A stretch of 64,000 nucleotides of DNA from Blasia pusilla. Lineage: Eukaryota. This document shows positions 41,220 through 52,668 of the stretch, piece after piece (the stretch's first letter is position 1; each line of letters starts with the position of its first letter). The notes beneath the pieces were generated by a model. The model was not told the origin of the DNA. It searched no databases and saw only the letters and a list, made by a program, of their open reading frames with translations. The translations under genes were made by a program, and so were the position numbers. The stretch is from assembly GCA_050084515.1 (NCBI GenBank), contig CM114271.1, forward strand, positions 16,306,001 to 16,370,000. Reading direction: 5' to 3'.

Positions 41220-42659
41220 CGAGATATTCATGATGATGGAGTAGTCTTAGAGTACCTTCGTACTGGCAGCCTTGCGAGCACCATGGATGCTAGAGAGCGG
41301 GATCGGATCCTACAGCGGGCCTGACGGTTCCGTTCGGAGGGGACACATGTTTTGAGGGTTTGGGAGGATGGCAGAGTACGCGTAGTGCCGCATCCTTTGC
41401 AGAGAGCACGACTAGTGCAGCATGCCCACGAGGAGTTGGGTCACTTTGGGGTGAAGCGGACGTATAGCTTGCTCCAGATTCGAGATTGGTGGCGAGGCAT
41501 GCAGATCGCGTTCAGCAGCTTTGTTGCCAGGTGCATGGTGTGTGATCGGGTCGAGCATCGTTCTATGCTCCGACTCCACGATTGCATCCATTACCGATCA
41601 TGGGCTTAGGTATAGATGGAGTTTGGATTTTGCAGACCTTTGCCCTTGACGGAGCGTCACACGATCGTTATGTGTTGGTGATGGTGAGCACTTCTCGAAG
41701 TGGATCGAGTTGGTTGCATTGCCCGACAAAGCAAGTGAGGGAGTAGCTTATGCCTTCCTTGACAGTCTTTGTCGAGTCATTATGGCGCACCAACCGAGGT
41801 GTTGATGCACGGTACCGAGTTTCGCGGTGAGTTCAGGCCTTGTGTGATCAGGGCGATCGACCACCGACGATTTTCGCGAGATCATCCCGAGGCGGATGGA
41901 TTAGCGGAGAGAGTTGTGCAGACGGTGAAGAGGGGTTTACGCAAGTATGGCTTGCAGAGAGGTCACCTAGGAGATTGGGACCTCCAGTTGCCATGGTTGG
42001 CGATGGGATACAGATTCAACAGGCATGCATCCTTAGCGTCTTTTTCACCGTACTTGCTACTTTATGGCCGAGAGCCAGATTTTCCTGCGGCCATTCGTCG
42101 AGATGCTGGTGAGGTGCTGAACCTTGATGACCCAAATGTATGGGTGCGAGCATGTTCTCAGAGGGCTGAGTTATTTCGGAGAGTGATGCCCATGGCGTTC
42201 GAGAACTTGGCGATTGCACAGCATCGGGATACGTTGAGGTATGCGACTATTCGAGGTGGTGGTTATCGACCAACTATCCGGAGGTTTCATCAGGGAGATT
42301 ATGTCTATTTGCAGCAGACGGCACCAACGACGTTGGATGTGACTGCAGGGCGCACTATCCTGAGAGTGCATGACATTTTGCCATCGGGTGTTCTCTTGCT
42401 GGAGGGACGCGATGGTATGGTATGGCATGACCATGTGCGTAATTGTGCGCCATGTCACCTTCCTAACATTGATGGTACAGTAGATCCGAGCTTAGTAGTA
42501 GTTCCTGCAGGCTTGCGTTGTATGTTGTGTGGTTCTGCCCGTGGTGCGGCCACGATGCTAGTCTGTGATGGGTGTTCGAGAGGATGGCATATGGCATGTT
42601 TGATGCCACCTCTCACTAGGGTTCCTCAGGGACGATGGATGTGTCCCAGATGTACATAG
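41220..42659 (+). pseudogene. Element V integrase with C-terminal PHD finger
   Basis: HAHEELGHFG...CMVC (HHCC), ADGLAERVVQTVK, GDYVYL, CMLCGSARGAATMLVCDGCSRGWHMACLMPPLTRVPQGRWMCPRC (C4HC3). Confidence 0.92.
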
Positions 42660-42826
42660 AGAAGGTAGTTCTACATTCCGACTTGTGTCTATGACATGGA
42701 TGACAAGGAGGCGACTAACGATGGGGCCACATAAGCACCCGGCCTTCTTGCTCTTAGCGTCCGAGAGATGTATGTCATGGTAGGTAGGGATAGATGGCTA
42801 TCTGGAGTTAGAGGGACCTAACCACC

Positions 42827-42839
42827 AGCTAGGGGGGCG
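42827..42839 (+). promoter_or_regulatory. Polypurine tract of V
   Basis: AGCTAGGGGGGCG directly precedes repeat B1. The same motif precedes B in X (27173-27185) and W (58505-58517). Confidence 0.8.
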
Positions 42840-43604
42840 ATTGGAGATATTTTGGTTCTTCGTTATTTGGATGCCATGAGTTAGCATGGGATCATGCGTG
42901 TTTGTGTGTGTGTTCGGTGACAGCGATGTATGTTGTGTAGCGATGTGTATGCGCACGATAGCTGTCACGTCTTTTAGGATAGATCGGTGGGATCTAATAG
43001 AGCGCCTTCATGAGTAGTGGAGGACACGCCCAATAGGTTGAGGGTGACCTGCTGAGGCCCTTGGAAACCTGAGATAGCAGGTTTCCCCTTCGTTTCGGCT
43101 CATTTGGAGCCATATTGAGGAACCTACTATTTTAGGTAAGTACCATTTTGAGCATATGATCGAATTACTATTTTTGGTAAGTGGCCCTTGACCTCCTACA
43201 TCAGGTCAAGAGCCAAGGAGGTGACTTGAGAGAATAGGTTACCATGGAGAGAGCTTGGGAGAGGAGAGGGGTATACCTCAAGGAGAGAGAGCTTGAGAGC
43301 TCATTCTTTCTTTGTTGAACCTCTTGGCATGAGGCGGCGGAGCTATGGTACCTTGCCTTGTGAGTGTAACCCAAGCCTTTCATTAGGAGAGTGGGTTTGG
43401 TTTGACATGAGAGAGAGTGCACACCTTTGAGAGCTATGGTGTGAGATGGTGGAGAGAGAGATTGAATCTTACTTTAATTGGAGATATTTTGGTTCTTCTT
43501 GTCTCGTTGTTTGGATGCCATGAGTTAGCATGGGATCATGCGTATTTGTGTGTGTGTTTGGTGACAGCGATGTATGTTGTGTAGCAATGTGTATGCGCAC
43601 GACA
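42840..43604 (+). repeat. V 3' terminal block B1-GC-A2-B2
   Basis: B1 42840-42960 and B2 43477-43604 are direct repeats differing by a 7-bp indel and a few substitutions. A2 equals A1. Junction GCACGATA-GC-TGTCAC. Confidence 0.95.
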
Positions 43605-44380
43605 GTGGTCACAGACTCGTCTCGTGATTGACCTCCTCGTCTTGCAAAGTGCACGAGTAATTGACTCATCGGGCCGTCACTTGACCGCCACCCTGACCGA
43701 TAAGCAATGGTCTCCTCCCAAAAGTCAAGGATGAATCCTAGGGGATATAACACTGTACTCCCCACCAACACATCGTACAACTCAATTGGTGTCATAATCG
43801 CACGTGTGCTCACGTGTGCGCACCATAGCACTATCCGTCGCATGCTCTGGCTGGACTTTGAAAACTATCTCCTGTCGAGTCATATATTGCGTTGGTGACA
43901 CGCCCCCAATCAAGGTCTGTATCTGGAAGGGACAAGTCTCAATGTTGGCCTTCCGTGACCCCAACGCTAAACACGATGCCTTCCCTAACATCAAGGGCTG
44001 CGCTCCCGAATCAAGTAGAAACGCGTACGGGTGGTATACTATCCCTGTCGGACTAACCAAGAAAAATACTCCAACTCGATTATTCAATAACAATACTCCA
44101 TGTGTCACCAGGGCTCGCTCTATGGCCGGTCGAGCTGACATATCTACAAACTTCTCCGCCGCCGCATGCCATGACTCTATGGGGGACGTTCCGAGCACCG
44201 GATGTGAGGGCAAGTCCACCACCTCCTCAACTACCTCTGAACAAGAAGCAGTCACCTCTCCACGTTCACACAATGTGGCGACCAGCCGGAACACCTCAAT
44301 TGGTCCAACTCTCAATGATGCCGACTCTATGGCGGAAAATAGCGGAGTCTAGCTCACTCTGGTGACCAACTCCAACACTA

Positions 44381-44440
44381 TGGTTGACACTGACTCCACT
44401 CGAGCCACGACTGTGGCTCGAGTGGAGTCAGTGTCAACCA
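44381..44440. repeat. Perfect 28-bp-stem hairpin (4-nt loop) in X
   Basis: TGGTTGACACTGACTCCACTCGAGCCAC-GACT-GTGGCTCGAGTGGAGTCAGTGTCAACCA. Confidence 0.95.
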
Positions 44441-47007
44441 GTGATGTCGACATACCTGTCTGACCTGTAGGCACCGTTGGTCATTGAGGCACCATCGATG
44501 GTGTGTGTAGTGCCTCCGACAATGTGAATGACTGTGGAACCCTAGCGTGCCGCCCAACGGTCTCCTCCGTTGGGTCAATCTCAACTCCACCTCTAGATGG
44601 CTCAATGCATCTTGCAACACCACGAGTCACTACTGCAGCCGCCTCAACCTGAGCTGCACTACACATAAACCCCATACTAGCGAGATCCTCACCCGGGTCA
44701 GGGTAAGAGGTAGAAGTTGGAGCTACACTAGCTACTCGCGGCTCCATGCCTTCCCTGAGCAGCATCATCGTCACGGCAGCAATCCTCTGCTCTCCAACTG
44801 ATCGATGCGTGAGAGAAATGCTGGCTTTGGTGCTCTTGCTCCATCTCTTGTGGCTGGTGGTGGTCCTCTACCACCACGTCCAAGAAGAACTCCCTGACCT
44901 TCTCCAGGACGACCGCCCCGAGGCCCTTGGCATACCTCTGGACGTGCCTCTGGACGAAGGTCGAAACATCTATCCCTAGTCTGACCATATCTCTGGCAAT
45001 AGTCACACTAGTACTGTGGTGGGGCCATCCTCTGTGGTTCCTGACCAAATCTGAGGCGCTCGTGGTCCTCTCCCATGTTGTGTGGAGTCTCTCTGCATAT
45101 GGGCCTCTCCATACGTTCAACATGACAACATCGGTCCTTGCTGGGTAGCATATGTAGGTACGGGTCGTTGCCTCTTAGGCTCACAATACCCGCCTTGCTC
45201 TCTGGGCACACTTGCCCGCTTCCGTGGTACTGGTGCTCGTTGTGGCACTTGTGGGGTCACCGTCGCTCGTGGACCCGTCGACTCCCGAGAAAATCCACCG
45301 GTCATTACATGCTCCTCACTCATGTTGAGCTCAATACTCTCAGACAACTCAAAGATCACCTTCAATGTGGGCTTCGTTGTGTGAATCAGCACCGCATCTT
45401 GGACTCTCCTCTGTAGTTCTCGGTCCAGAATCCCATACCAATAAAAGATTGACTGCGTCTCAGTTATTCCACACGTAGCAATGATCAGCCTCCTCACGCA
45501 TCTGAATGTCTCTCTCAGATTCTCACCCGGCCGTCGCTGGAAATCTTGTAGACTCTTCAGCTTGTCGGTGAGTACGCCCTAGTAGCTCTTCCCCAACTAT
45601 CGGAAGAACTCCACTGTGGGACTGAAGCTGGGTGGCCCTCTACCACCAGAGGTCTTTGCCACATCGTCTGTCTCACTGCCCTCTTCTCCATCTAGTCTCT
45701 AGGCTGATGGTGTGGGTCTCTCTCCTCTCACGATCCCATCATATGCCTCACGACCACTAGTGGACACATACCCTGGAGCCCAATACATCCTCCACGCATC
45801 GATCTCTACTGAATATAGTGATTGAAACTCCATGAAATCATCCATCGGAGGACCCTCCAATTGTTGGAACAACCCCTTCCACACCATGAAAGGGTTTAAC
45901 CGTGTCGGGGTTCTTATCTCTTGGAAGTCGCACCACGTATTGAACTCTTGGATATCTAAGTCGATGGTGCCCATTGCACCCGAGAACCGACGCATGCCCC
46001 GATGGCCCATGTTGTCCATCTCTTGCCAAGTGATACCGCCTTCGTCTGCGATCTTGTCACCAGACCCAGTGTCTAGTGATGACGATCCAGCCATGGATGG
46101 ATGTCGAGGTAGCTCCTCACTCGTAACCCCTCGGTATCTCACTCCACTCCGTGGCACATCACTACTACTGCTCGCACTACCCCATTCTTCCAAAGCTTGG
46201 AAGAACGCCGTGATGACAACTCCGTCTCATCCGCTCAAGCACTCAGACTCACCGAGAGTCTCCCATACTCCTCACTAGCTCACATATGCTAACGTCAATC
46301 CCGTGATGACACACCCAACCTCACGCACACTCAACACTCAGGCTCACCATGAGCCTCCCACTAACTCATCTAACCTACCGACATGCTCGGGTCATACATG
46401 CGACCCCTACTCAGAAACCGCCATATATCCACCAATATGCTACATATAAAAAGAGTCTACACTCATCACCATCATTGCACCCATCTAGCACCAGCTACTA
46501 CTCGATATCCATGTCACATCTGAGTAGCCGATAGGCCGAGATCTATCGTGGATAGGGCGTAGGAGCCAGCGGACTATCTTGAGTGTAACTTTGTCCCACG
46601 GTGTTGGATGAGGTCGAGGATAGGTCCATTGTGTCAGGAACGTTGTTTCTGACAACTTTCATGTTGAGGTCTTTTACAGTCGGGTGACTTGTTGACTAGG
46701 TCACCCGCCCCTGATAACCTGTGTGCGCAGATTACCAAGTGAAGGGCTATTTTTAGGGGAAGAACCTTTTGGCTCTTCTCCTAAAAATAGCCAAACATCT
46801 TCTTCAACATGAGAAAGATGGCTTTCCTAAGCCATCTTTCTCATGTTGGGCCGTTGGAGCACATCCCTTGTATGTGTGTGAGCTAGGACTAGGGTGCTAG
46901 CGTCCGGATTCCTTGATAGCACAGGGTGGACGAGGTTCGATATGCCGATGTAGATTGAGGAGTGGAGTTTTACGCCGGGTGTGCCGTTTTTACTACTCTT
47001 TATTTCT

Positions 47008-47021
47008 ACATGAGAAAGATG
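47008..47021 (+). promoter_or_regulatory. Putative self-priming primer-binding site of Y
   Basis: ACATGAGAAAGATG is the exact complement of CATCTTTCTCATGT at 46833-46846 inside repeat A. In W's copy of A this motif starts about 31 nt after TATATAA. Confidence 0.75.
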
Positions 47022-47150
47022 TCAGGGGGCTGGTGGAAATTCGTTGTTTGCAGGTAGGCAAGCGAGTTGCCTTGGTCGGGAGCCCCTGGAGACATGTGTG
47101 TGACGTTTTGTGTGTCATTTTTCTGTTCGGAAGGCCGTGCGCAGAAGCGC

Positions 47151-48331
47151 TGTCGTATAGTAAAATCAACCAGTGTGTAAACTCCTTCGTCATTAAGTGT
47201 TAGATAGAGTTTCATTAGTATTAAGTAAATTGGCTTAGAAAAAAGAGATTCTTATGTTTAAACCTCTTTATGGTACCTCTTTTATGCAGGCCCAACTTTA
47301 GGAAAAGGAGGTAATAAATAAAAGATGACTTTATCAAAGTAAAGTAGTTGCTTTAATGAAAAGCAAAAGTAGTCTTGGTTGGTGGCTAGGTTAGTTGGGG
47401 TAATTTGGAAAATATCAAGTGGGTAAAAGAGGATATTTTGGAAGAGATAAGAGGAAATCTACTTGTGTCAAAATGTGATTGGCTAAGCCTTGAGAGGAAA
47501 CCATGTGGCACAAGATAAGATAAGTTCTATTTTGTACTCTTGTGAATCCCTTGTGAGTATATAAAGAGGAGGGACCTTCAAGGGTTCATCACCTTCTATT
47601 CCACATCTTGAGTCTCTCGTGTCTCTCTTGAGTGTATGGCTTTGGGATTGCTTGCTCTTCAAATGAGAGTGGATCACCCCTCTTGGGAGAGTAACTTGAC
47701 CATGGTCTATTCTTCGAGAGATTTCTAGAGTGTGGTGTGTGTGTGTGGGGATGAGAGGTTTGTCACCGTAGAGGAGTTTAGTCATACTAAAATAGCGGAT
47801 GTGTCAAGCATGGATAGGGGTGGAGCACGAGCTGTGCCCGACTTTCCTTTCCTCAATCCTTACCATGTCAAGGTACTTTTTGTAGATAGGCACTGGTTCA
47901 CTCGCTATTTAGTTTATCATTTTGGGGAGGCGTTCATGAACCAGGTCATGCAATCTCCAACTCCGGTGATTCTTCCTATTGTCACATATGGAAGGACATG
48001 GGATTGTACTTTGTATGTCCTTATATAGCGATCCATGGATGTCAATAGGCCTGCTCAAGTAGGGTTTAACACTAGTTGTGCTATCTTCCTCGTGTACAAG
48101 CGTAAAATAGTTTATAGGGATTTTATAGTTAGGAATTTTGGGGTCCGATGTTACGAAGAAGTGATCGCCTCGGCACTTCCATTTGTGATACCTGTCGTGA
48201 GAGAATGGAGAGTGTACATCATAATTTTGTATTGAAAAAGGAGAACTTATTAGAGAGTTCACCTTGCATCGACCGCATCTATCGCAGCTAGAAGGCCCGC
48301 CCTTGCTCGAAGAAAGACTCTCGACACGACA
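47151..48331 (+). mobile_element. Solo unit U2 (TGTCGT...ACGACA, TSD GCGC)
   Basis: GCGC at 47147-47150 and 48332-48335; TATATAAA at about 47558; homologous to U1. Confidence 0.9.
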
Positions 48332-51300
48332 GCGCTGTCCATTTTTCTTAGATTTTGCTGGTGCGGAATGATGGGGGACAGCAGGAGGGTGTCGCGTAGG
48401 TTGTGTTGGCATGAGTAACGTCGTCTTATAGCTCGTGGAATGTTGGGAGTACCCTGGGAGAAGAGTTAGAACTTGCAGCTGCCAGGGGGCTGTCAAGTAA
48501 AGGGCTGGTCTAGGGTTAGGGCGCGGCGGCGACGGGCGCCCTAAACGCGCGCTGGCGGGTATCGGAGGTATCGCCGATGCTGCTAGATGGGTGCAGTGAT
48601 GGTGACCAGTGTAGATTCTTTTCATGTGTAGCATGTTGGTGGATATACGGCGTTGCCGAGTAGGGGTCGTGTGTATGACCCGAGAGAGTGTCGCTAGGTT
48701 AGGTGAGTCAGTTGGGAGGCTCATGGTGAGCCCGAGTGTTGAGCGTGCGTGAGGCCGGGTATGTCATCACGAGATTGATGTTAGCATAGGTGAGCTAGTG
48801 AGGCGTGTGGGAGACTCTCGGTGAGTCTGAGTGCTTGAGCGGGTGAGACAGGGTTTGTCATCACGGCGTTCTTCCAGGGTTCTGAAGAACGGGGTAGTGC
48901 GAGCAGTAGTAGTGGTGTGACACAGAGTGGAGTGAGATACCGAGGGGTTACCAGTGAGGAGCTCCCTCGACATCCATCCGTGACTGGATCGTCATCACGG
49001 ACATTGGGTCCGTGGCGAGATCACGCAGAGCGAAAGATAATACTTGGCAGGAGATGGACGACATGGGCCATCGGGGCATGCGTCGTTTCTCGGGTGCAGT
49101 GGGCACCATCGACTTAGATGATTTTATCCAGGAGTTCGACACATGGTGCGACTTCGAGGAGATACGGACCCCAGACGGTTCAACCCTTTCATGGCATGGA
49201 AGGGATTGTTCCAACACTTAGAGGGTCACCCGATGGATGCCTACATGGAGTTTTGATCACTATATTCAGTAGAGATCGATGCTTGGAGGATGTATTGGGC
49301 TCCAGGGTATGTGTCCACTAGTGGTCGCGAGGCATATGATGGGATTGTGAGAGGAGAGAGACCCACACCATCAGCCCGGAGACTAGATGGAGAGGAGGTC
49401 AGTGAGACAGGCGATGTGGTAGAGACCTCTGGTGGTAGAGGGCCACCTAGCTCCAGCCCCACAGTGGAGTTCTTCTGACAGTTGGGGAAGAGCTACCAGG
49501 GCGTACGCACCGACAAGCTGAAGAGTCTAGAGGATTTTGAGTGACGATCGGGTGAGAGTCTGAGAGAGGCATTCACACGCATGAGGAGGCTGATCATTGC
49601 TACGTTTGGAGTGATTGAGGCACAGTCAGTCCAGTATTGGTACGGGGTTCTGGACCAAGAACTACAGAGGAGAGTCCGAGATGCGGTGCTGATTCACACA
49701 GCGAAGCCCACATTGAAGGTGGTCTTTGAGTTGTCTAAGCGTATTGAGCTCAACATGAGTGAGGAGCAGGTAGTGACCGCTGGATTTTCTCGAGAGTCGA
49801 CGGGTCCACGAGCGACGGTGATCCCATAGGTGCCACTGCGAGCACTAGTACCACGGGAGCGGGCCAGTGTGCCTAGAGAGCAAGGCGGGTACCGTGAGCC
49901 TATGAGGCAACGACCCGCACCTACATATGTTGCCCAGTAGGGATCGATGTGGTCTTGTTGGACGTGTGGAGGGGCCCATAGGCAGAGAGACTGCCCACAC
50001 CATGGGAGAGGACCACCAACGCCTCCAATTGCTCAAGAGCCACAGAGGATGGCCCAACCACAGCACCAGTGTGACCATTGCCACAGATATGGTCACACTA
50101 GGGATAGATGTTTTGACCTTCGCTGAGGGGCACGTCTAGAGGTAGGCCGAGGGCTTGGGGGCAGTCGTCTTGGAGGAAGTCGGGGAGTTCTTCCTAGACG
50201 TGGCGGTAGACGACCACCACCAGCCAGAGGAGATGGAGCAGGAGCACCAGAGCGGGCACTTCTCTCACGCATCGATCAGTTGGAGCAGAGGATTGCTGCC
50301 ATGACGATGATGCAGCTTGGGGAAGGCACGGAGCTGCGAGCAGCTAGTGTGACTCCAACTTCTATCTCTTACCTTGACCCGGGTGAGGATCTCGCTAGTA
50401 TGGGATTTATATGTAGTGCAGCCCAGGTTGAGGCAGCTGCAGTGATGACTCGGGGTGCTGCGAGAGGCACCGAGCCATCGAGAGGTGGAGTTGAGATTGA
50501 CCCACAAGAGGGGACCGATGGGCGGCAGGCCAGGGTTCCACAGTCGTTCACATTGTCAGAGGTACTACACACACCATCGATGGTGCCTCGACGACCAGCG
50601 GTGCCTACAGTTCAGGCATCTACGTCGACGTCACGAGGAGTTGGAGTGACAACTCCTATGCCGACTCGAGTGGAGTCAATTTCGACCATAGTGTTGGAGG
50701 TGGCCACCAGAGTGAGTCACACTCCGCTATTTTCCGCCATAGAGTTGGCGACGTTGGGAGTTGGACTAGTTGAGGTGTTCCGGTTGGCCGCCACGTTGTG
50801 TGAGTGTGGAGAGATGACTGCTTCTTGTTCAGAGGTAGTTGAGGAGGTGGGGGACTTGCCCTCAGAGCCGGTGCTTGGGACGTTCCCCACAGAGTCATGG
50901 CATGCGGCGGGCGAAGTTGCTAGATATGCCACTCGACCGCCATCAAATGAGCGATGGTGACACTGAGTAGTGTTACTGGATAACCGAGCTTGAGTATTTT
51001 GCTTGGTTAGTCCGACGGGGATGGTACACCACCCGTAGCGCATCCTACTTGATTCGGAAGCGCAACCCTTGATGTTAGGGAAGGCGGCGTGTTTAGCGTT
51101 TGGGTTACGAAAGGCCAACAGTGAGCCTTGTCCCTTCCAGATATAGACCTCGATTGGGGGCGTATCACCCACTCAGTATATGACTCGACAGGAGATTGTT
51201 GTCAGAGTCCAGCCAGAGCATGCGACGGAAAGTGCTATGGTGCGCGCACGCGTGCGATTACGACACACCGTAAGTGCGATGTCTTGGTGGGGAGAACCGT

Positions 51301-51754
51301 GTAATATCCCCTAGGATTCATCCTTGACTTCTGGGAGGAGACCGTTGCTTATCAGTCAGGTGACGGCCGGATGAGTCAGTTACCCATGCAGTTTGCAGGA
51401 TGAGGTGGTCGATCACGAGGCGAGTCTATGACCACGTTGGTAGCTTTCACAGGTAGTGTTAGCTGGCCAGGTGAGTTGTTGGAGGGGAACGCACATGCGG
51501 AGGATGTCCCAATAGCGGATAGTCCCACAGAGAGACAGGCCATGGCGGGTGTCTCTTCCCATGTTGGCGAGGCCTCTTCACCATTGTGGGGTACGACTCG
51601 GGAGCTACAGAGGAGTGCCGACAACCTCGTGAGGCAGGTGTGGAGTCATGTTTTTATCCCACATCTGCGTGAGTCACGTGGCGATCGAGCTCTTGGAGTG
51701 GAGACGATGACCCCACTAGATACCACACGTGTTGTGTGGTAGTGGCCAGAGGAG

Positions 51755-52668
51755 GGTGTTAGGGTGTTAGATCTCTTCGGAGGGATTAGCACCGGATTGG
51801 CTGTAGTATTGCAGGCGGGCATACGGGTGCATCAGTACCTTTATGTGGAGAGAGATGAGACCGCGCGGCGAGTATCATTACGTCACGTGGCGAGATTGGT
51901 CCAGAGGTATCCTGAGTTGTTGTCGGTATCTGTAGTACGGGGATACCAACATACGCTACCCGCCGACATATCTTTGGTGGGGGCGCAGGATCTGGATAGA
52001 GTTGGCACGATTCATTTGGTGATTGTTGGATGGCCATGTCAGGGTCATTCATGAGCTGGCCGAGGATTTGGATTGCAGGATCCGAGGTCAGGGATGTTTT
52101 GGGAGATGCTGCGAGAAGTACGACACTTGTAGGAGGGTCAGATATGTTCTCCAGCGTACATTTTGGAGAACGTGCCATTGTTGGGAGATACTCGTGCACA
52201 TGTGATGACGAGTGTACATCAGGTGAGGTCCTGGTTGGGACCTTCTGTGTTGTTAGATGCAGCGAGAGTTGGGTCACGTGCCCATCGTCCACGACTGTGG
52301 TGGACGAGCCTGATACAACCAAAGGTACTGAGTCGAGCATACAGTGGAGTCCAGAGAGCACCACATTTCACAATGTATGCTTTTTCGGGCTCAGGGCTTA
52401 GATCTCACGTGGTGACACGGGATGATAGACCACCGTTGTCCATGGTGAATAGGGTGGGGGAGTTGAGGGCAGCCTTACCTGCGTTGGTGAGCTTCCCAAC
52501 ATCCCATGCCTTTCGTCAGGGAGGGCCAGGCATGATTTGGAATGAGGTCACCATAGCATTGGAGGAGCCTACAGCAGATGAGCGCGAGCGCGCCATGGGG
52601 TTCACTACTGGTACTACGGCGGTGCCAGGGATGATTGAGGCATCACGGAGATAGGTGTTGGGGCAGGC
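51755..52668 (+). pseudogene. Element Y DNMT3-like C5 cytosine methyltransferase domain (in-frame stops)
   Basis: One frame: VRVLDLFGGISTG...YVERDE...ADI...LVIVGWPCQGHS*AGRGFGLQDPRSGMFWEMLREVRHL*EGQICSPAYILENV...RAHRPRLWWT...ERERAMGFTTGTT...SRR*VLGQA. Confidence 0.92.

Larger units (their letters stand above)
33300..43604 (+). mobile_element. Element V: complete 10.3-kb Ty3/Gypsy retrotransposon, gag-PR-DNMT-RT-RH-INT-PHD, with split terminal repeats and 4-bp TSD GTGG
   Basis: Termini TGTCATG.../...CACGACA. GTGG at 33296-33299 and 43605-43608; the host X sequence rejoins as CCAAC-GTGG-TCACAGAC (compare 63224-63240). Repeats: A1 33300-33813, B1 42840-42960, A2 42963-43476, B2 43477-43604. Confidence 0.95.

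Noticed and set aside
33300-43604. V as a DIRS/PAT/Ngaro tyrosine-recombinase element, given split repeats plus a methyltransferase
   Set aside because: It has an aspartic protease, an HHCC-DDE integrase, TG...CA ends and a TSD. No tyrosine recombinase was seen, and the MTase is C5-type (PC/ENV), not the adenine MTase-like domain of DIRS.
51755-52668. Host DRM/DNMT3 gene or bacterial restriction-modification contamination
   Set aside because: Intronless, multi-copy and fixed within pol. The motif order is I-X, not permuted as in DRM.
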